A stretch of DNA of 64,000 nt from Methanobacteriota archaeon. Its GTDB lineage: Archaea > Thermoplasmatota > Thermoplasmata > SG8-5 > JAGLSY01. Below the pieces are notes generated by a model that saw only the letters and a list, made by a program, of their open reading frames with translations, did not search any database and was not told where the DNA came from. Below are positions 29,264 through 37,465 of the stretch, piece after piece. The DNA is taken from positions 384,001 to 448,000 of the forward strand of contig JAEHCO010000001.1 of the NCBI GenBank assembly GCA_020697715.1, read 5' to 3'. How positions within the stretch are numbered: position 1 is the first letter of the stretch; each line of letters begins with the position of its first letter. The translations under genes were made by a program, and so were the position numbers.

Positions 29264-29399
29264 TGTATTTGGAGAGTGAGAAGGATGAGAACGTAGTTCG
29301 ACGAGTGATTTCTGAGTGTGGCGAAGAAATAACGAGCAAAACCTGGATGCCGAAGGTAGACAGGTTGATGATCCCTTCGCGCTCGCTTATCTTTTATTT
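29264..29399 (+). mobile_element. tRNA-linked structured element, copy B, ending in a 29-bp duplication of the tRNA-Arg 3' end
   Basis: ATCCCTTCGCGCTCGCTTATCTTTTATTT at 29235 and 29371; core homologous to copy A. Confidence 0.78.
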
Positions 29400-29441
29400 G
29401 GGATTGTAATTACAGATCATGAATGAGTAAATACCATCCAC

Positions 29442-29996
29442 TCAGTTCATGCTCATTTCCATGAACTTCATTTCCCTTCTCTTACCTTCCAGGAATCGAT
29501 AGACGGCGGCATGTTCACTGCCTTCAAGCACCATCTCGGCCGCTCGTTTGGCCGCATTGAGCGATATGATATCTCCGATCAGGCCAACTGTATTGCCATA
29601 TACCACCATCTCGGACCCTGAAAGTTCCTCTATAAGACGCCGTGTCCTTCCACCAGTGCCGATTATCCTGGCTCTGACCCTTCTGACATGCTTCGAGTCC
29701 TTACCTGAATAATCCCTTATATCTATGAGCTCGAGATAATTATCATCATCAAAGAGACGCATGGCATTTGGTGGAGAAAATCCTCTGGCTATGGCCTTTA
29801 CCACATCTCTGGCAGCCATTGCCTTGAAGTTCGCACCTCCGGCCTTATCCCCGCCCTTGAAGGAAAGGGACACATCTCCAGTCTTGGAATTTATCTTGAT
29901 CTTGACCTCGCCAAGTCTTTCTATCAGCTTCTTGGTCTCTCCTTCTGGACCTATGAGTACCGCCACTCTTTCCTTAGGCATTCGGACATACATCAT
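29442..29996 (-). CDS. KH-domain rRNA processing protein (Dim2/Pno1)
   Basis: VLIGPEG, KAIARGFS, RIIGTGGRTR, GSEH; conserved eIF1A-RIO1-KH cluster. Confidence 0.93.
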   Translation of the reverse strand: MMYVRMPKERVAVLIGPEGETKKLIERLGEVKIKINSKTGDVSLSFKGGDKAGGANFKAMAARDVVKAIARGFSPPNAMRLFDDDNYLELIDIRDYSGKDSKHVRRVRARIIGTGGRTRRLIEELSGSEMVVYGNTVGLIGDIISLNAAKRAAEMVLEGSEHAAVYRFLEGKRREMKFMEMSMN

Positions 29997-30769
29997 TGAG
30001 TATCACCTTTTATTATCTTCAGTATCTCGTCCTTATCAGACTCCACGCCATGCTTATTAAAGAAGTAGGTGATATTATTTATGTCCCTAATTAAGAACTC
30101 CTGAGCCATCGGATGAGTTGTAAGCACTGCCTGGCCAACATCGATGATGATGGGATCTCCTTCCATCATCAGAATATTATACTCACTGAGATCGCAATGG
30201 ACAAGATCCGCATCCTGGTACATCTTCCTCATTTGTTCCACAAGGTGAGTGAATATTGCTTCTGGATCTTCAATCTCAACATCCTTCAAATGCCTGGCCG
30301 GAGTGTCCTTTGTTCCAATATATTCCATTACCACCACATTGTTCTCGCAGAACACTGGTCTGGGCACATGTATTCCATTTTCATACAGTCTATCAAGATT
30401 GCGGAACTCTTTCTGCGCCCACAGGTAAATACCTCGCCTGTGGTTCTTTCCCACTCCTCTGAAACGTCGATCGCCTTGTATGTATTTTTGAATATTCTTG
30501 AAGGATGAATTGGTAACACGATATATTTTGACGGCCAGTCGTTTGCCGTCAATGGTATTCGCCCTGAAAACATTGCCCTCCTTTCCGGTTGCCAGAGGAA
30601 AATCCAGTATATCGATGACATTGTTAGTCATCAATTTGTATAAGGTCATCAGGGTCTTCTCATCAAAGACCTCATCATAGGTCTTTCTCTGATCGGAATC
30701 CTTGTCCCTGTATCTGTAGGACATGATCTTGGATTCGAGATCCATTCTCATCTTCTCGGAAAATGCCAT
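29993..30769 (-). CDS. rio1: RIO1 serine kinase
   Basis: TGKEGNVF, AVKIYR, WAQKEFRNL, LVHCDLSEYNIL, IIDVGQAV. Confidence 0.96.
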   Translation of the reverse strand: MAFSEKMRMDLESKIMSYRYRDKDSDQRKTYDEVFDEKTLMTLYKLMTNNVIDILDFPLATGKEGNVFRANTIDGKRLAVKIYRVTNSSFKNIQKYIQGDRRFRGVGKNHRRGIYLWAQKEFRNLDRLYENGIHVPRPVFCENNVVVMEYIGTKDTPARHLKDVEIEDPEAIFTHLVEQMRKMYQDADLVHCDLSEYNILMMEGDPIIIDVGQAVLTTHPMAQEFLIRDINNITYFFNKHGVESDKDEILKIIKGDTQ

Positions 30770-30783
30770 ATTACCTCATGGAC

Positions 30784-31137
30784 CTAAAAAACATTTATGA
30801 TCTCGGGGATGACGCCCTTACGTGCGAGATTTGTCGCCTGGGTGCGTGTGTATCGATATATTATATCACACTTCTCATCCTGAAATTCCCAGGGTCTGAT
30901 TATGAGAAGGTCACCTTCTCTTATCCACATCCTTTTCTTGAGTTTCCCTCTGATCCTGCCCATTCTGGATTCGCCGTCCGCACACATGACCCTTATCTTG
31001 GAGGCTCCCATCAGCTGATCCGCTATAGCGAAGGATTCGCGTTTCATCTTTTTGGGCATCGGAGAGCGAACATACTCTCCTTCCTCTGGTCTCTTGTAAG
31101 CCAAGTTAATTACCATCCCCGACATATATAAAGCCAT
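30784..31137 (-). CDS. eif1a: translation initiation factor 1A
   Basis: MGASKIRVMCADGESRMGRIRGKLKKRMWIREGD; start may be 31116. Confidence 0.95.
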   Translation of the reverse strand: MALYMSGMVINLAYKRPEEGEYVRSPMPKKMKRESFAIADQLMGASKIRVMCADGESRMGRIRGKLKKRMWIREGDLLIIRPWEFQDEKCDIIYRYTRTQATNLARKGVIPEIINVF

Positions 31138-31273
31138 ATAAGAAGGGTTTGGTCTGGATTATTTCCATATTTGAGTCTAAATCGATAAGGATAATGAGTA
31201 GATTCAACACTGATCCATCATATACTGGATGGGGATTGAAAGCTTATTGGAGATCGGTGATCGGCAGATGATA

Positions 31274-32311
31274 TTAGCCAGATATGGAATAGATCGATGC
31301 TGTCAATAATTTGATGAAATTGGCCAGGTCGTCCATATGAATTACCTCCACCGATGAGTGGGAGTATCTCATTGGAATTCCGATCGGCATCGTGGCAGCT
31401 CCTGATTCCTGCAATGCCATACCATCGGTACTTCCTCCAGTTACTCCAAATTGTACTGGAATTTTATTCTTCGTAGCTATCTTCGCCAGTTTTTCTCCAA
31501 AGCTCGGGGTCGCGATAACACGAGCATCCACCATTCTCAATACAGGACCTTTTCCCATGTACACTGGCTCGAAGAAATCACCGAGGCCGGGAGCGTCCGT
31601 TGTCGAGTAGGTGTCGACAGGAATGGCATAATCCAAAGGTATTCGGTTCGATATGACCCTGGCCCCTCTCAATCCGATCTCTTCCTGAACTCCCCAAACA
31701 AACAATACTTCGTTTTTCAGTTTCTTCTCATCTATTTGTTTGAAGGTTTCCAGAAGGCCAGTACATCCGGCTCTATTGTCCAGTGCCCGAGAAACAGCAT
31801 ATTTTTTGTTCATGATGAAAAAGTCTTTTTTCATCGTGATAGGCTGGAGTAGGTTGATCCCAAGTTTTTCTGTCTCCTCTCGACTTCTGGTTCCAAGGTC
31901 TATGCAGAGCTTGTCCCAGGTGGGGATTTTATCTTTTTCTTTGGGATCCAACATCAGGTGTGGGGCATTGACTCCGATGACACCATAGACCGGTCCTTTT
32001 TTGGTATGAACTTCCACCGCCCTGCCAATGATCACCCTATCTTGCAAGCCGCCTAATTTCTTGAACCTGAGAGTGCCATTATCAAGTATGTTCGAAACAA
32101 TGAATCCACACTCATCCATATGAGCCATGAGACCTAGTTTGGGTTTCTTCAGATTTGGCTTGCCCAGCCTGACAATGAGATTGCCAATTGTGTCCTCTTC
32201 CACATGCCCTTTACTACCAATGGAATCTTTGATATAATCTCTAACCGCCCCTTCATACCCAGGTACGCCTGGGATCATAATCAATTCCTTTAACTGCTCT
32301 GATAATTTCAT
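31274..32311 (-). CDS. M42 family aminopeptidase (TET-like)
   Basis: AHMDE, ALDNRAG, QEEIGLRGA, GGSTDG, MRYSHS. Confidence 0.95.
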   Translation of the reverse strand: MKLSEQLKELIMIPGVPGYEGAVRDYIKDSIGSKGHVEEDTIGNLIVRLGKPNLKKPKLGLMAHMDECGFIVSNILDNGTLRFKKLGGLQDRVIIGRAVEVHTKKGPVYGVIGVNAPHLMLDPKEKDKIPTWDKLCIDLGTRSREETEKLGINLLQPITMKKDFFIMNKKYAVSRALDNRAGCTGLLETFKQIDEKKLKNEVLFVWGVQEEIGLRGARVISNRIPLDYAIPVDTYSTTDAPGLGDFFEPVYMGKGPVLRMVDARVIATPSFGEKLAKIATKNKIPVQFGVTGGSTDGMALQESGAATMPIGIPMRYSHSSVEVIHMDDLANFIKLLTASIYSISG

Positions 32312-32324
32312 GAATCATACCTCT

Positions 32325-33551
32325 TCATTTTTTGATGAAGGGTAATCTCATTACTATCCCATTAAACTTCCTTTTACCTTGTTGTAAGATGAGTTCAGTT
32401 CCTGATTTGGTATATTTTCTATCGATCCTGGCCAGAGCGATGGCTTTTTCCAATGTGGGAGAGAAATTACCACTGGTGACCGTGCCTATGACCTCGAGGG
32501 AGGGACTATCGAACTGAGGGGGAGACCCCTCCGTTTCCTGTGGAAGCCGATTATCAGTCTGTGAGGGGGCTGTGATACCTATCGGAGCAAGAATTTTGGC
32601 ACCAGGACGGGCTACGGCTTTACCTTCTAACATGATGCCGACAAGTCTTTGGTGAAGTTTTTCCTCTTTTTGTTTGATCAAAACATCCTTTCCTATGAAA
32701 TCATGATCCCATTTGACCACCCAGGAACAATTAGATTCCAAAGAGCTATGAGATCCTGTGAAATCAGTACCTGATAGAAGATAACCCATTTCCAATCTCA
32801 ATGTATCACGAGCGCCAAGACCAATAGGAATAAGACCATCTTCTGTTCCGATTTTAAACAATAAATTCCAGAGTGGAACAGCATATTCATTTTTTATTAT
32901 CAGTTCCATACCTTCTTCTCCAGTATATCCAGTACCAGATACTGTTATGATATCATCAGTTTTAAAATCAATATCATTGGATGGGGTGATAATATCAGTA
33001 TTAATATCGATATTATTGGAAGTAACTGACATTATTTTATAATAAGCGAAATTGAATCTTCCAATATCTTTGATACTTTCTCCAAAAATCTTGGAAAGGA
33101 TGTCAATACTCTTTGGACCCTGTATTGCTAAACAGGAATAATCATTTGATAGATCTTCAATGCCAATATCTATATTTTTATTTAGCCAGGAGTGCATCTT
33201 ATCTATTGAAGCAGCGTTTGGGACCATCAAATATTGATCGTCTCTCGTTCTGAAAATTATCGTATCATCGATTATCGCTCCTTTCTCATCCAAAATATGG
33301 GTGTAAACAGATTTTCCTATTATTATTGTGGAAATATCATTCGTGCATAGTTTCTGTAATGATATTGATGGTCCTTCACCACTTATCAAAATCTCCCCCA
33401 TATGAGAAACATCAAAAATACCAGCATTTGATCTGACCGCATGATGTTCTTTTAAAATACCTGTAGGATACTGGATCGGCATCATCCATCCATGGAAATC
33501 TACCAGTTTGGCATCCAATTTCTCATGCTCATCATACAGTGGGGTCTTCAT
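32325..33551 (-). CDS. gcvT: glycine cleavage system aminomethyltransferase T (with two in-frame insertions)
   Basis: KTPLY, FDVSHMGE, TGYTGEEG, GLGARDTLRLEMG, VTSG.FSPTL. Confidence 0.95.
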   Translation of the reverse strand: MKTPLYDEHEKLDAKLVDFHGWMMPIQYPTGILKEHHAVRSNAGIFDVSHMGEILISGEGPSISLQKLCTNDISTIIIGKSVYTHILDEKGAIIDDTIIFRTRDDQYLMVPNAASIDKMHSWLNKNIDIGIEDLSNDYSCLAIQGPKSIDILSKIFGESIKDIGRFNFAYYKIMSVTSNNIDINTDIITPSNDIDFKTDDIITVSGTGYTGEEGMELIIKNEYAVPLWNLLFKIGTEDGLIPIGLGARDTLRLEMGYLLSGTDFTGSHSSLESNCSWVVKWDHDFIGKDVLIKQKEEKLHQRLVGIMLEGKAVARPGAKILAPIGITAPSQTDNRLPQETEGSPPQFDSPSLEVIGTVTSGNFSPTLEKAIALARIDRKYTKSGTELILQQGKRKFNGIVMRLPFIKK

Positions 33552-33687
33552 GAGCTTGGACAATCCAATTATGGATATATAATTTTTCAATAGATGATAG
33601 TGAAAATCAGAATTATCATCACTTTGAAAATGATCAAATTGTCTTTATGAAAGAATCCACTTGATTATTCATAGATCAAATACCCCC

Positions 33688-34068
33688 TCATTTGATCTTC
33701 CATTTGTTCTTTCTTTCTATCACCATCATCTCGAATTTAGGATGGAGTCTCCAAGCTAATTCTTCTATTCTATCCATATTTTTAATGAATTTGGATTTAC
33801 TTTCTTCATTGAATAGTTTATAGAATTGCCTTCTTTTTGATACAAAATCGAATAAATAGAACACTCCAAGTAATAATACGACAGTACCTGTGATAATGAG
33901 CCAGTATATCCACCCACCAAGAGATTCTTTGATCGTGGAAAAGATGGATCCAGATCCTTCTTCCGCCAATATTCCCAATCCGGTGAACAAGACAAGTATT
34001 GCTCCAAAAATAGTTAGGAATATACTCAACTCGATCTTATATTGATGGAAGAATTTATTTATTTTCAT
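33688..34068 (-). CDS. two-TM conserved membrane protein (DUF3198-like)
   Basis: Two TM helices and SKSKFIKNMDRIEELAWRL C-term. Confidence 0.75.
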   Translation of the reverse strand: MKINKFFHQYKIELSIFLTIFGAILVLFTGLGILAEEGSGSIFSTIKESLGGWIYWLIITGTVVLLLGVFYLFDFVSKRRQFYKLFNEESKSKFIKNMDRIEELAWRLHPKFEMMVIERKNKWKIK

Positions 34069-34458
34069 ATATGACCTAAATTTCGATTTGTGATTTATAA
34101 TTTTCGTTAATGTTGTTCGATCCCTTAATTTTCAAACCTTTATTTCATATGTAAGGAAAACGACGTATTTTATCTACAGTTATATTTTCAATAATTGGGA
34201 ATGACAATCAAACATCATAATTTTTTTATTTTTAAAACACACACAATTATTGACCTAGCCAGTTGTCAATAATATATAAATCGATATAAGTGCTCCAAGC
34301 TAAGAAAACTATTAGTAGGATTTGCTTTCTTACCATCCTGCTCATTTGTATAATGCGGCCTTCCAATGGAAATATAGGGGTCCCCCCCACCATTTAGATC
34401 TTGGTGATAGGGATAAATAACCCCCCCATCTGGAACTGCAAATTAGGGGGAGCACACC
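34069..34458. other. probable replication origin oriC (AT-rich unwinding region plus ORB)
   Basis: Very AT-rich 34070-34320; ORB-like TTCCAATGGAAATATAGGGG at 34361-34380; further G/C-run motifs at 34420-34450; directly upstream of cdc6. Confidence 0.8.
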
Positions 34459-35706
34459 GTGACAGCCACGATCTTCGATAAACACCTTAAAAAGCCCTCG
34501 ATATTCAAGAGGGACAGGGATATCATGAGCTCATCATATATCCCGGAGAAGCTATTGCACAGGGATGACCAGATCAACCAGATAGCCAGCATCCTCGTTC
34601 CTGCTTTGAGAGGTGAAAGACCATCCAATATACTGATATTTGGAAAGACTGGAACAGGGAAAACAGCCACTGCCAAATACATGAGCAAAGAAATAACCAA
34701 AGCAGCTCAATCCACTCTTACCAAATTCAATGATGTTGTTTATATTTACATAAATTGCGAGATAGTGGACACCCAATATGGTGTTCTACAGAATATCGGT
34801 AATAGGTTCATAAAGGATTTTGATGAGCGAATCCCTCCAACTGGCTGGGCCACTGAAAGAGTGTATTATAAATTGAAAGAAGAGATGGATTCCAAACCCA
34901 GGGTGTGCATCGTCGTTCTGGATGAGATCGATAGGTTCGTGCACAAGACCGGGGATGATGCTCTTTATCGCCTTACAAAGATCAATGACGAGTTTGAAAA
35001 TGCGAAGATGTGCCTGATCGGCATATCCAATAATATGAAATTCACAGAACTTCTTGACCCAAGGATCAGAAGTAGATTGGGTGATGAGAAAATGGTATTC
35101 CCGCCATATGACGCGGATCAATTACGGGATATTCTCGCACAAAGGTCGGAACTAGCCTTCGCTGAGAATGTGGTAGATCCAAATGTTCTATCACTTTGTG
35201 CCGCTGTTGAAGCCAATGAACAGGGGGATGCTCGAAGTGCCCTGGACCTTCTCAGGGTGTCAGCGGAACTGGCAGAAAGGAACCGTGATGAGAAGGTCAC
35301 GGAGCAGCATGTTTACAAGGCCAAGAACAAAATAGAATTGGATTGCGTCATAGAGGCCGTTAGAACCCTCCCTCTTCAATCCAAAGTCATACTCTTGGGC
35401 ATACTCATGAATGAGGAGATAGGTCAGTTAAAACTCACTACAGGCGATGTATACGCCACCTACAAGGAGCTTTGTAGAAAGATCGGTCTGGCGATGGTCA
35501 CACAACGCCGCGTCACAGATCTGATATCCGAATTGGACATGATGGGTATCATAAGCGCGAGGGTGAAATCCTTCGGCAGGGGTGGCAGGACCAAGGAAAT
35601 TGTTTCCAGTGTTCCTTTACTGGAAACCAAATCCGCACTTTTGAGAGACCCGATGATCGAAACACTGGGTGATTATAAATTAAAACATCAGATGACATTG
35701 ATGTGA
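34459..35706 (+). CDS. cdc6: Orc1/Cdc6 replication initiator
   Basis: YIPEKLLHR, GKTGTGKT, VLDEID, FPPY, GDARSALDLLR, ISELDMMG..GRGGRT wing. Confidence 0.97.
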   Translation: MTATIFDKHLKKPSIFKRDRDIMSSSYIPEKLLHRDDQINQIASILVPALRGERPSNILIFGKTGTGKTATAKYMSKEITKAAQSTLTKFNDVVYIYINCEIVDTQYGVLQNIGNRFIKDFDERIPPTGWATERVYYKLKEEMDSKPRVCIVVLDEIDRFVHKTGDDALYRLTKINDEFENAKMCLIGISNNMKFTELLDPRIRSRLGDEKMVFPPYDADQLRDILAQRSELAFAENVVDPNVLSLCAAVEANEQGDARSALDLLRVSAELAERNRDEKVTEQHVYKAKNKIELDCVIEAVRTLPLQSKVILLGILMNEEIGQLKLTTGDVYATYKELCRKIGLAMVTQRRVTDLISELDMMGIISARVKSFGRGGRTKEIVSSVPLLETKSALLRDPMIETLGDYKLKHQMTLM

Positions 35707-35746
35707 AATAAACTAAAAAAATCAAATGATATTGATATCACGATCA

Positions 35747-36823
35747 TTATTTCGAAGAGATATCTTCATCTGGTGAAGAAGTGCTATCAACCTCTTCGCC
35801 GATATCTTCCTCGATATCTGAAAGAATATCCTTTTTCTCTTCATCTGGGACAGGATCACCAATGTTCACATCCGTCTCTTCCATTCCCGGATCACTGGTA
35901 GGTTCTATTTCCTCTCTATTATCAAGATCCCCAATATCTTCTTGGACATGGTTTCCATCTTCATCCTCGTCATCTTCCTTTTTCATGGCCTTTTTGACCA
36001 ATGGCAAACCAAAATCAAGGAACAGTGGGATACCGATCAGGATTGCAATGGACACAAATAGATTGGGCCAGCTATTTGGCGGGGTATCTCCCCTTATCCC
36101 GCCTGTGAAGGAGAGTTTTATGAGACCGAACCATGGTATTTCCCCAATGGCTTTTCCAACCACCCACTCTTCTTTAACAAGCATGTAGCCTCCGGATCTT
36201 TGGTCGTGAGCGGGAACATTATTATCCCCCATAGTTACAAATCCACTATGCGGCTCCGCGTCCGCATGTCGGAAATTGAATATAATTCCCTCGATCCCGA
36301 TTAATACGCTATTTTCCTTGTAACCATATGCATTTATGACGATGTCATTGCTAATGGCATAAAGTCCAAGTTCTGGAGCATCGAAGCTTAGATTGTAATA
36401 ATCATACCTTCCAGAAGGTTGTTCACTCACCATCGATTCATTGATCTCTAACCATAGTACAGCTCGATGGATGATGGGTGTTGCCAGGGAATTACCATTT
36501 GGTTTGTATATGATCACATTTCCGAATTCTCCATATGATCTTTGATTGGTCCCCTCCCCTCCAACATAGGTCACGATATCATCTTTGGTAGGTGAATCCT
36601 TAACAAGTACCATATCGCCAGTATCGATCACGCCTATTTGGCTATCAATACTGTGGCTCATGCTGCCGGATTCCACAACAACCACTGGCGGCCACACCTG
36701 GCAATAGGCCATGAGAGCGCCCATTATTATCGCAACTACAATGATAGCCGCGATGACATCTTTGGCCACTCCAATTATCGTTTTCTTCGCAATCTCTTTG
36801 TCCATCATAAACCCTGTGGGCAT
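35747..36823 (-). CDS. S26 signal peptidase I with acidic tail
   Basis: VVESGSM, TGD, PIIHRA, TMGDNN, IPWFG. Confidence 0.92.
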   Translation of the reverse strand: MPTGFMMDKEIAKKTIIGVAKDVIAAIIVVAIIMGALMAYCQVWPPVVVVESGSMSHSIDSQIGVIDTGDMVLVKDSPTKDDIVTYVGGEGTNQRSYGEFGNVIIYKPNGNSLATPIIHRAVLWLEINESMVSEQPSGRYDYYNLSFDAPELGLYAISNDIVINAYGYKENSVLIGIEGIIFNFRHADAEPHSGFVTMGDNNVPAHDQRSGGYMLVKEEWVVGKAIGEIPWFGLIKLSFTGGIRGDTPPNSWPNLFVSIAILIGIPLFLDFGLPLVKKAMKKEDDEDEDGNHVQEDIGDLDNREEIEPTSDPGMEETDVNIGDPVPDEEKKDILSDIEEDIGEEVDSTSSPDEDISSK

Positions 36824-36897
36824 CGCAATTTATTGTTCATATATAAAATAAGCCCAAAGAATCATAAACACCTTTCACTTCCACTCTCTGATAAGTT

Positions 36898-37371
36898 ATG
36901 AAAGAACCTACAGAGAAGGAATCCAATCCGGGCACAAGGCCTTCAAAGGACGAATATTTCATGGCCATGGCCCTTCTGGCCTCCAAGAGATCCACATGCC
37001 TCAGGCGAGCGGTGGGAGCAGTTCTTGTGAAGGATGGCCATGTGCTTTCGACCGGATACAATGGCGCACCTAAGGGACTGGATCATTGTGCGATAACTGG
37101 TTGTATAAGGGATCAGATGAATGTTCCCAGTGGAGAAAGACATGAGCTTTGCCGAGGTGTGCATGCGGAACAGAATGCCATTATCCAGGCAGCGTATTTC
37201 GGCGTCAGTGTGAATGGCGCGAAGATATACATCACGAATCACCCGTGCAGTGTGTGTGCGAAGATGTTGCTGAATGCGGGCATCGTGGAAGTGATCTACA
37301 AAGGTGATTACCATGATGAATTGGCTGTTGAGATGCTGGAAGAGGGCGATATCAAGATCTGGCGTTTGTGA
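36898..37371 (+). CDS. dCMP deaminase family protein
   Basis: RSTCLRR.VGA, TGYNG, HAEQNA, PCSVC. Confidence 0.94.
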   Translation: MKEPTEKESNPGTRPSKDEYFMAMALLASKRSTCLRRAVGAVLVKDGHVLSTGYNGAPKGLDHCAITGCIRDQMNVPSGERHELCRGVHAEQNAIIQAAYFGVSVNGAKIYITNHPCSVCAKMLLNAGIVEVIYKGDYHDELAVEMLEEGDIKIWRL

Positions 37372-37465
37372 ATTCGCAGCTCTTTAATTTGTGCATCATC
37401 GAGATCTCATTATCATTTAACAATACAAAATCGGTAAAGGTTTTATATCAATTATAGGCTATTAC

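Noticed and set aside
35602-35627. GTTTCCAGT/ACTGGAAAC inverted repeat inside cdc6 resembling ORB halves
   Set aside because: Lies within coding sequence and lacks the G-string; may be chance
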